Source: an uncultured bacterium (lineage in GTDB: Bacteria > Patescibacteriota > Minisyncoccia > Phycocordibacterales > UBA9973). Taken from it: a stretch of 64,000 nt of DNA. Positions 56,122 through 64,000 of this stretch are shown here, piece by piece. A model generated the notes under the pieces. The model ran no database searches and had not been told where the DNA came from. It was given only the letters and a program-made list of their open reading frames with translations. The position numbers and the translations under genes were made by a program. The DNA is taken from positions 181,506-245,505 of the forward strand of contig CALCZP010000004.1 in the NCBI GenBank assembly GCA_937903035.1, written 5' to 3'. Numbering within the stretch: position 1 is the first letter of the stretch; the number at the start of each line of letters is the position of its first letter.

Positions 56122-56664
56122 TTATTTAATACCCACAAGCTCTACTTCAAAGACAAGTGTTGCATTCGGAGGAATCACCCCGCCCGCACCAGCTGCTCCA
56201 TAGCCGAGCTCTGGTGGAATAGTGAGCATGCGAACTTCGCCAACTTTCATACCGAGCACACCTTCGTCCCATCCTTTGATCACCTGACCTGCGCCAAGTT
56301 TGAATGAGAAGGTACTGCCGCGAGGCTTGCTCGCATCAAATGTTGTGCCATCGGTAAGCTTGCCGACATAGTGGACTTCTGCGGTCTGTCCGTTGGTAAT
56401 GGCTGGGCCAGTGCCCTCTTTGGTGGTTTGAATAGTCATTTTTTTAGGATTAGATTGATTGGTAGTAGTTGGTGATTGTGGCTGCTGTTGTTGCTGCGTG
56501 CCTTCGATCGATGTTGGTTTTGACTCAGTAGATTCAGTAATCGATGGCGGCGGTGTCGTGGTATCTGATACCTGCACATCCTTTGGTGCTCCACCTAGCC
56601 ACCATATCAGAAGACCGATGCCTCCTGCAAGAATGATTCCTATAATGTATTTTTTCATATCCAT
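56122..56664 (-). CDS. FKBP-type peptidyl-prolyl isomerase, membrane anchored
   Basis: VHYVG.L.DG..FD.S, LG.GQVIKGWDEG..GMKVG, IPPELGYG, IPPNATLVFEVEL. Confidence 0.95.
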   Translation of the reverse strand: MDMKKYIIGIILAGGIGLLIWWLGGAPKDVQVSDTTTPPPSITESTESKPTSIEGTQQQQQPQSPTTTNQSNPKKMTIQTTKEGTGPAITNGQTAEVHYVGKLTDGTTFDASKPRGSTFSFKLGAGQVIKGWDEGVLGMKVGEVRMLTIPPELGYGAAGAGGVIPPNATLVFEVELVGIK

Positions 56665-56736
56665 CTATCATACCACACCGCTATATATGAACGGTTTAGG
56701 ATTTCATACTATATATATGTATATAAATCAGAGATA

Positions 56737-58518
56737 TTAATTTGCAATGAACCGATACCCTGTACGAGGTGACCATGGAAGAGGTGTCGGTGATTGTATC
56801 CAGACAATACCATCAGTTGATGTCCAAATCTTATTGCCGAATGATCCGACATTTCGACTATCACCCACTACCATGGTTCCCTGTACTACCACCGCGTCCA
56901 TTTCTTGAAAGAGACCAATAGACGACGGGAATGTTGTACTCAGTAATGTCCATGAACTTCCGTTTGTTGAAGTATAAATTGAACGAGAAGATCCTCCTGA
57001 TACACCGCTCCATGCAACACCGCCCATGAAATACATTTTGTTGTTGTAGTTGAGGATTTTTGCATCGCTTGTGGTTCCAAGGATAGATGTGTCCGCAACT
57101 TTTGACCATGATATGCCGTTGATACTTTTCCATATATCTGACTGCGCATAGCTACATGGCAGACCTGATGTCGTACTATACCCCATTGGCACCGTGCACC
57201 CTGAAGGTAATACGCCCTGCACGCCACCAATCACATAGAGCGATCCATTAAATACTCCAAGTGTCGGATTTTCTCGCGCGAAAAACGGGAGTTGCACAGT
57301 CGTCCAATTGATACCATCAGTTGTTGACCATGCCTTTGCATATTCGATACCTCCCATATAATTTGAACGACCTCCAATAACGTAGATTTTGTTATTAAAC
57401 ACGATCGATTTATATCGATAATAATCAGCAAATGGTACTGTTGATGCAACCTGACTCCACGTCGTACCGTTAGATGAGTTCCATATATCAGTAAGACGCG
57501 GCACAAACGGCGTACCACCACCGAATACCCAGTATTTATTATTAAAAGAAAGTGCTTCGAAACTTCGACGGCCCGACCACATTGATGAAGCAGCAGTATT
57601 TGTAGACATTAATGACCACTGCTGAAGATTAGACGAAGAAAAAATGTCATTAAATGATGCATAAGGTGTTACGTCATTCCCACCCCCAAGAAATACTAGT
57701 GTACTAGAAGTAACAGATGGTGGGATAATTGCTGGACCAATAGTAAAGGTATTCCCTACAGGAGCAACACTTCCTATACCAGCCCACGTATACTGACCGG
57801 GAAAATCATAGTAGGTGTCTATTTGTACATTAATTTGAGCACCAACAAATGCAGTAGTTCGTATATCACCGTAGATTGCAAATTTCTTTGTCTCACCTGC
57901 AGTAAACGACAACATGAGTGGGATAAATTTATTTTCAAACGAAGATCCGATGAGTGGATCTACGATCGTTGTTCCGATCTGTACATTATCAGCACGAAGA
58001 AGCAGATTGGTAACCGTTGAAGAAACGACCGGACTTTGCGGTATGGTGATAGATATTCCATAGAGCGTGAGCGGATTATTAGCAGTGAAATCAAATTCCG
58101 CCAATTTCACGTTTGTAGTTCCCGCAGGAACTGTCTGAGCAGGAGGATTATCGATAGAAATAGTGGTTGTCAGGGTCGGAAGCGGATCATCCAAACATTT
58201 TTTGATCTTACTTATCCCCTTTTGTCGACACAATGGTGTTGCAACAATCTCGGGAGCTACTTCAAGTTGTGGCAACACTTGTCGTGGTGGTTTGATACCA
58301 CCTGTTTGAAAGGTAGGAATTTCAACGGTATCAATATCTTTTATATCGCGAGAAGGACGAATAGTCTCCCCTTTCGTAGGTACAACAGTCTCGATTTCAG
58401 CTATTTCTGATAGAGCAGAAAGGCTCTCAAGTGAGCGTCCAAACAGACGACTATTGTCGTTTTGTACTGGTACAAATACTCCAATACAAATCATTACTAC
58501 GGCGATATATCTATTCAT
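56737..58518 (-). CDS. secreted protein with an S-layer-type Ig-like domain and a Kelch-like beta-propeller
   Basis: Signal-like N-terminus; repeated FNN(K/S)(I/L/M)Y(V/F).GG...(D)IW.S.(N/D)G..W blades. Promoter TTGACA-N16-TACAAT at 58530-58557. Confidence 0.72.
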   Translation of the reverse strand: MNRYIAVVMICIGVFVPVQNDNSRLFGRSLESLSALSEIAEIETVVPTKGETIRPSRDIKDIDTVEIPTFQTGGIKPPRQVLPQLEVAPEIVATPLCRQKGISKIKKCLDDPLPTLTTTISIDNPPAQTVPAGTTNVKLAEFDFTANNPLTLYGISITIPQSPVVSSTVTNLLLRADNVQIGTTIVDPLIGSSFENKFIPLMLSFTAGETKKFAIYGDIRTTAFVGAQINVQIDTYYDFPGQYTWAGIGSVAPVGNTFTIGPAIIPPSVTSSTLVFLGGGNDVTPYASFNDIFSSSNLQQWSLMSTNTAASSMWSGRRSFEALSFNNKYWVFGGGTPFVPRLTDIWNSSNGTTWSQVASTVPFADYYRYKSIVFNNKIYVIGGRSNYMGGIEYAKAWSTTDGINWTTVQLPFFARENPTLGVFNGSLYVIGGVQGVLPSGCTVPMGYSTTSGLPCSYAQSDIWKSINGISWSKVADTSILGTTSDAKILNYNNKMYFMGGVAWSGVSGGSSRSIYTSTNGSSWTLLSTTFPSSIGLFQEMDAVVVQGTMVVGDSRNVGSFGNKIWTSTDGIVWIQSPTPLPWSPRTGYRFIAN

Positions 58519-58559
58519 ATATGATGAATATTGTACATATTATATGAATAATGTCAATA

Positions 58560-61500
58560 TTACTCCCCTTCACTTGGTGCAGGAGCAGATGCTTCGCCGC
58601 TTCCTTCATCAGCCGGAGCACTTTCACCACCTTCATCCACAGGAGGTGTTTCTTCACTTGGAGATGTCACCTCACCCCCTCCGTCATCTGCAGGTGGTGG
58701 TGTCTGTTCATCACCTGATCCATCATTACTACTTCCTCCACTTGCTCCCCCTGCATTTGCTGCACCATTTTGAAGGAGCTGCTGGAGCTGATCTTTGCTG
58801 ACACAGACCTGATCTTCATCAGTACCGACACAGAGCTCTTCAGTCGTGACTTTCTTGGTCTTTACACTGTCCACGAGTGCTTCGCCACGCTCTGCAATAC
58901 CCTGGAGGAAGGTCGCGACTTTCTCGGCAAAGGTCTGATCTTCAAATACTGGCAATGCCTGTACCTTTATATCCATCTCTTGAATAGCTTTAATCGTATA
59001 AGGGATAAATCCGCCATAACCAACTGACTTGAATCCAGTAAGTGGATCAGTCTTTACAAGCTCAGGAAAGAGCTGTTCCACTTCCTGTGCAATGAAGCCT
59101 CCATGCGCTGGATCACTATCATCCTCTTTATTCCAGTTGTAGGTTACAGCACGAAGCTGAAGAATACGACCAAGAATACCATCTTCAACGCTTACAATAT
59201 TTTTCTTAAGCCGCTCATCAGAACTACAACTAAGAACTGCATTATCTACATCAATATCACAATGACCGTTTTGGTTTTCAAATCGAGCAACAACACCATC
59301 AGTAAGACTTCCATCACCAACATCCAATGTAAAATTGGCACCCGTATTCATAATACCCAATTTAAAGCCTGACTGATAGTTAGGATCACCGATAAATGAC
59401 GAGTTACCTGCAGGGTTAGAATCGAATCTCATAAACGGATCCCCTCCTGAAGCACCTGCTATATTAAGCTCACTATTCGTTGCATTAATACCATAGGTGA
59501 ACGCATCACTTCCAAGATGGTCATAGAAATAAAATCCGTTATCTGACGTACCACCTCCAATATTAAGGATTCGCTGGTTGGTTGAAGGATTTCTAAAATC
59601 TATCTCTGCGGTTGAAGGGTTTGCCTCTACATAGAAAAATGCAGTGTTGCTTCCTGATTCCTTAAGTCTAAGGAAACTACTTGATGAAGAAGTGTTAGCA
59701 ACAAAGAAGTCAGTATTTATAGGACTTCTTATATTAAATGCAGAACCAGTCGAATACGCCTCCATTAACATCGATTGATATCCTGTTATTGGATTAGTGA
59801 GACTCATTATGGCCTGCCCGGAATCCCCTTCCAGATGGAAGAATTCATTACCAGTTATTTCAGTTGCAGTAATGATAGTATCACTACCAGTTCCATACAT
59901 TTTGAAAAGTTCATTACCCTGTCTTTGGAAAGAAATTGATGCAGTCGTTGAATTTCCATATCCGGTGAAATATGTATCACCATTTTGATCAGACACATTA
60001 AAAGATGATCCTGTTGTTGAGGCAGATATACCAAATGCCTGATTTCCATTCGATGGTTCGGAAATAGTAAATGAACTAAAATTTGTACCACCAACAGCAT
60101 TCAAGAAGTTGTTACCATCACGATTGGAAGCCGAGATATAGTTGGTAGTCGTATTTCCTGATGCACTAAACATGTCATTTCCTTGGTATCCACTAAGACT
60201 CATGCCCCAGTATGTTGAAGCACCATAGAGATTGAACAAACCGTCACCTGTTGCACTATTGGAAACACTTATCCCGCCATTTACAGAAAGTTGGTTACTA
60301 CCATTATTCCAGACAAAGTTTGAACTCGCGCCGAATGCACCAGAGTTGTTGAACTGAATCTGGGTATTTGATCCTGCAGGAGTTCCGCCACCACTGCCAA
60401 TGTTTGTCCATGAGCCAGCACTGTTCTTGTACTGCATGGTGCCACTATTGTCGCGGATACCGTATCCAGATGAACCAAGTGTGCCAGTGAAGTTCAAATA
60501 GCTATTAGAAGGGTTGAGTGCAAGACCATTTCCAGTGAATTGAGCATATTCAGTAGCAGCATCACCAAACGAGACCTTCCCAGCATTTGGATATTGTTTG
60601 ATCCATGAACGAAGCGTTGAAGGTGTGAGGAATGACGCATCAACCGAAACACCACGAACATAACTTGTACTTTGCCAGTCAGTACCAGTGCTTTCGCGAA
60701 CAAGAAAGTCATTGATCATGAAGCTATTGGTCTGACCATTACCAGTAACACGGTTGAGTGTTTTGTAATTTCCAGTAGTTCCTCCTAGGTTGCCATAGAC
60801 AGTATTTTGAACAGTTCCACTCACATATACTGGCTCATTTACGTTCAAGCCAGCACCGTTGCTTGTAAACTGACCTCCGGCAAACACATACTGTCCATCA
60901 CCATAATCATACGATGCGATAGAAGTACCATTATAGTCTTCATACAGACCAGTCTCATCACAGGTACCAACGCATCCATTACCGATAAATGCACGACCAC
61001 TACCACCACTACCCATGATAATACTGTCTGAGTAAATGGCCGAACTTGCATGAACGTTTCCATTCACATCAAGGTTATAGCCAGGCGCTGGTGTGCCAAT
61101 ACCAACCCTTCCATTAGTATCAATTCCCATTCGAAAAGTATTACCGGTACCAAACTGAAGACCTTTACTTCCAGTTGTAGTAATATATGCAGTTTCCCCA
61201 TTCATACCTCCTGAAATAAGTGCAGATGCGTATGCGGAACCACCGTATCCAATTTCCAAAGCACGACTCGAACTATTTTGATCATTATAGATCCGGAGGC
61301 TTCCATAACTTGATGATGTAGGAGCTCGCAAAATAATACTATTAGCATCACCAACAATTTCAAGTTTTGCACCTGGTGCTTTTGTACCAATACCGATACT
61401 ACCTGAACTTATGGTTGTTCCCGTACCGTCAAGACCCGTACCATAAATCAAGTTTCCAATACTAAGCTGATTTGATCCCGTTGCTGAAGCAACATATGCA

Positions 61501-64000
61501 GCCTGACCAATAGCGATATTCCCCGAACCTGAAGTGAGATTGTTTAATGTTGCAGGACCAATCGCAACATTGTTTGAACCTGTTGAAAGCGAAGTGAGTG
61601 TATTGTATCCAATACCAAGGTTGTAATTACCAGAAGTAAGCGATGGGACTGCGGCATCACCCACACCAACGTTACCAGTACCAGTACCTAATGATTGCAA
61701 TGCAGCAGCACCAACTGCAACGTTCCACTGTGCTGTAGTACTTGTTGAAAGCGCCGCATTACCCACCGCAACGTTGTCTGATCCGGTTAAATTTGATTGA
61801 AGCGCAAACACACCAATGGCAGTATTTGTCGCACCATCAGTATTTGAGATGAGTGCATTGTAGCCGAGTGCTGTATTTCCTTCAGATCCACCACTTACAT
61901 TAGTTTGTTGAGAGCCGATAATGAAGATGTCGTTAGAACCTGAATATGCAATTGCGTAGTCTTGGATATTAGTGAGTCCTCCACCATTACCATAATATGT
62001 ACCAACTGCATGTATATCTCCATTAACATCAAGAGTATATGACGGCATAGTACCAATACCGACCTTACCTGCAGTTGGCTGAAGGATGAGATTTTCCCAT
62101 GCAACACTTTGGTTTACTGCTTCAATGAAGCCAAAGTTGCTGGTCGTATTATATCCAATGTTGAGTTTATGGCTTGTACTACCTGTACCACGTATCGACA
62201 TTTGAGAAGCACTTCCGCTCGTATTATTAACCAGATTTCCTGCTATCTCAAATGTTCGTGTTGGACCAGTGGTACCAATACCAATACCTGAACCGTTGTC
62301 ATATATAAGACTATTACCAATCGCTGAACCACTTGTGAACTTTGGAATATAATTTGTTGTACCTAAAACACTTGCTGAAGTAAGGACAGGATTACCACCT
62401 ACATACAGATCACCGAAGTATCCAATGTTTGCATTAACTTCATTCCAGCGATACGTTGTAGTACCAAGACTGCCTCCAAAATCATTTGTCGGAACGATGT
62501 TACCGTTTGCTTGCAAGACACCTTCAAAGTTATCACTCGTACTGCTAAGGAGCACGTTTCCTGTATTACCTTTGATATGGAGACGATCCACAAAGCCACC
62601 GATATCAGGCTGCATCACATTGATTGCAAAGTCACCAAAGCGGCCATATTGATCGTAGTTTGGATCTTGAATCGTACCGTCAAGGCGCACGACCTCAATA
62701 TCATTGTTATCAATATCAGCACTCTTAAAGAGAATCGATGCACCAGAGTTGTCACTGTTTGAACTGTTGTCATCACTGCGACGTGTAAGGGTGAGCATTG
62801 TGGTTGGATCACTATAGTTACTATTCACCTGATCAGCCATTAATGACTTGGTTCTGAGGTTACCATTCATATCAAGCTCAAGGAGATTTGCCGGTGCAGA
62901 CCATCCACCAATACGAAATACGTTGTCATAATCAAGCCCCATATTGATTGCAAATGCGCCCCCTCGATGGAATGACATAAACGCTGGTCCTGTGTCATTT
63001 GAATATGCTTGCAACGATGGTGTATCACTTGCATTGAGACTGACAACACCTTTATTACTGTAAAAATGAGTAGCACCATTCACATCTCCACCACTAAGCG
63101 GCAAGTATGAACCGAGTGATGAAGCGGTTGCGAAGTATGACGTGTCATGACCATCAAGCAGATCAGCATCAAGCAAACTTCCTGACCCATCATTACCCTG
63201 TGTCCAAATATTGCTACCGTTTGCAGTAACTGATGTTCCGTACAAATCAAGGTTTGTAATCGTAAATCCTGAACGAGTGACGTTCATAAAGCTATTTGCA
63301 TTACTATATGCATCATTAATAGCACGGAATTGTAATGTCTTGCCGGTTGCATTTTGCTCGATATCCCATCGCTTCTCATTGGTTCCACCACTTGATGCAT
63401 TGGTACTCAAAAGTCTGATTACATTTGCACCATTTTCGACAATACCACCGTAGTCGCTAACATTAACATTCACACTTGATCCAAAGGTAGTTATACCTGA
63501 GGTATCAATCGTTACCCGCGCAACACCACCAGTAACAAGAGAAAGTGGGCTTGCATTTTGTGTTCCTATAATACCTAAATATCCAACGGTTGGGTTGAGA
63601 TAGAGTCGTGCAGTATTCGATGCACCAAGAGCATTAATCGTCACAACAGGCTCGACATCAGTAAATGTTGCATAGGTTGCACTGAGTGATCCACTAAACA
63701 CACCATCTCCTGATCCACCATAGAGTGCTATCTTTTGTGTTCCAGATGCATTATTAACCTGGACGACCCCCTCATTACTCGCATTTGCATACACATTGTA
63801 AATAATATTGCCTGCTGATTGGTTGAGAATATACTGACCAGTTCCATTTGTTGCAGCAACTGTTCTAATTGAACCACTTGAAACTATTGCTCCATTGTTA
63901 TCAACATACAATTTATCAGTACCACTTTTTGCAAGTTGTAATAGATTACCTGAACCAGTTGTGGTCGCGTATATAACTGGTGTGTTGTTTGAAGTAGATA
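58560..64000 (-). CDS. giant tail-fibre/adhesin-like protein with a C-terminal Peptidase S74 intramolecular chaperone (5' truncated by the window)
   Basis: Frame open to the window edge (>1800 aa). G.VGIGT..P repeats, N(T/V)A.G..AL repeats, SSDERLKKNI...GFIAQEVE..FPELV...KAIQE. Confidence 0.85.
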   Translation of the reverse strand, partial: STSNNTPVIYATTTGSGNLLQLAKSGTDKLYVDNNGAIVSSGSIRTVAATNGTGQYILNQSAGNIIYNVYANASNEGVVQVNNASGTQKIALYGGSGDGVFSGSLSATYATFTDVEPVVTINALGASNTARLYLNPTVGYLGIIGTQNASPLSLVTGGVARVTIDTSGITTFGSSVNVNVSDYGGIVENGANVIRLLSTNASSGGTNEKRWDIEQNATGKTLQFRAINDAYSNANSFMNVTRSGFTITNLDLYGTSVTANGSNIWTQGNDGSGSLLDADLLDGHDTSYFATASSLGSYLPLSGGDVNGATHFYSNKGVVSLNASDTPSLQAYSNDTGPAFMSFHRGGAFAINMGLDYDNVFRIGGWSAPANLLELDMNGNLRTKSLMADQVNSNYSDPTTMLTLTRRSDDNSSNSDNSGASILFKSADIDNNDIEVVRLDGTIQDPNYDQYGRFGDFAINVMQPDIGGFVDRLHIKGNTGNVLLSSTSDNFEGVLQANGNIVPTNDFGGSLGTTTYRWNEVNANIGYFGDLYVGGNPVLTSASVLGTTNYIPKFTSGSAIGNSLIYDNGSGIGIGTTGPTRTFEIAGNLVNNTSGSASQMSIRGTGSTSHKLNIGYNTTSNFGFIEAVNQSVAWENLILQPTAGKVGIGTMPSYTLDVNGDIHAVGTYYGNGGGLTNIQDYAIAYSGSNDIFIIGSQQTNVSGGSEGNTALGYNALISNTDGATNTAIGVFALQSNLTGSDNVAVGNAALSTSTTAQWNVAVGAAALQSLGTGTGNVGVGDAAVPSLTSGNYNLGIGYNTLTSLSTGSNNVAIGPATLNNLTSGSGNIAIGQAAYVASATGSNQLSIGNLIYGTGLDGTGTTISSGSIGIGTKAPGAKLEIVGDANSIILRAPTSSSYGSLRIYNDQNSSSRALEIGYGGSAYASALISGGMNGETAYITTTGSKGLQFGTGNTFRMGIDTNGRVGIGTPAPGYNLDVNGNVHASSAIYSDSIIMGSGGSGRAFIGNGCVGTCDETGLYEDYNGTSIASYDYGDGQYVFAGGQFTSNGAGLNVNEPVYVSGTVQNTVYGNLGGTTGNYKTLNRVTGNGQTNSFMINDFLVRESTGTDWQSTSYVRGVSVDASFLTPSTLRSWIKQYPNAGKVSFGDAATEYAQFTGNGLALNPSNSYLNFTGTLGSSGYGIRDNSGTMQYKNSAGSWTNIGSGGGTPAGSNTQIQFNNSGAFGASSNFVWNNGSNQLSVNGGISVSNSATGDGLFNLYGASTYWGMSLSGYQGNDMFSASGNTTTNYISASNRDGNNFLNAVGGTNFSSFTISEPSNGNQAFGISASTTGSSFNVSDQNGDTYFTGYGNSTTASISFQRQGNELFKMYGTGSDTIITATEITGNEFFHLEGDSGQAIMSLTNPITGYQSMLMEAYSTGSAFNIRSPINTDFFVANTSSSSSFLRLKESGSNTAFFYVEANPSTAEIDFRNPSTNQRILNIGGGTSDNGFYFYDHLGSDAFTYGINATNSELNIAGASGGDPFMRFDSNPAGNSSFIGDPNYQSGFKLGIMNTGANFTLDVGDGSLTDGVVARFENQNGHCDIDVDNAVLSCSSDERLKKNIVSVEDGILGRILQLRAVTYNWNKEDDSDPAHGGFIAQEVEQLFPELVKTDPLTGFKSVGYGGFIPYTIKAIQEMDIKVQALPVFEDQTFAEKVATFLQGIAERGEALVDSVKTKKVTTEELCVGTDEDQVCVSKDQLQQLLQNGAANAGGASGGSSNDGSGDEQTPPPADDGGGEVTSPSEETPPVDEGGESAPADEGSGEASAPAPSEGE

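Noticed and set aside
56680-56735. TA-rich run
   Set aside because: Short low-complexity intergenic sequence with no clear unit structure.
56737-64000. Prophage
   Set aside because: Only a fibre-like gene is present; no capsid, terminase, lysis or integrase genes in the window.

Overview
This window looks like chromosome from a Patescibacteria/CPR bacterium, most likely Parcubacteria. The inference rests on gene repertoire, SD-less A-rich leaders, CPR-style surface proteins and the lack of rplA next to rplK or rplJ. TGA is used as a stop, so it uses genetic code 11. Contents from left to right: the 5' end of a 23S rRNA gene with its own promoter and no 16S upstream; rplJ-rplL; a surface-glycan cluster (priming GT, Wzm/Wzt, GT4-GT2-FkbM fusion, GT2s, GT11, O-antigen-ligase-like protein) next to an S-layer-like gene with a long structured leader; a wHTH gene embedded in an array of GGACA/TGTCC motifs; ftsK, recA, efp, rpsF-ssb-rpsR, tatD, metG, glyQS, recO; a type-2 ileS (ALHH motif, inserted histidine phosphatase domain, T-box); mgtA; a 6S-like RNA; ndk, argS; an AT-rich nucleotide/folate island (tandem DUF1599, tandem ThyX, nucleotide N-glycosidase-like, degenerate DHFR); secE-nusG-rplK; a MacAB-like ABC system; FKBP; a Kelch-like secreted protein; and the 3' end of a giant tail-fibre-like gene with a Peptidase S74 domain. 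The best candidates for undescribed biology are the GGACA-array/wHTH locus, the nucleotide island, the structured S-layer leader, a dispersed 34-nt element held in non-homologous stems, and a Cx13C mini-module shared by three unrelated secreted proteins. All calls come from reading the sequence; no searches were run.
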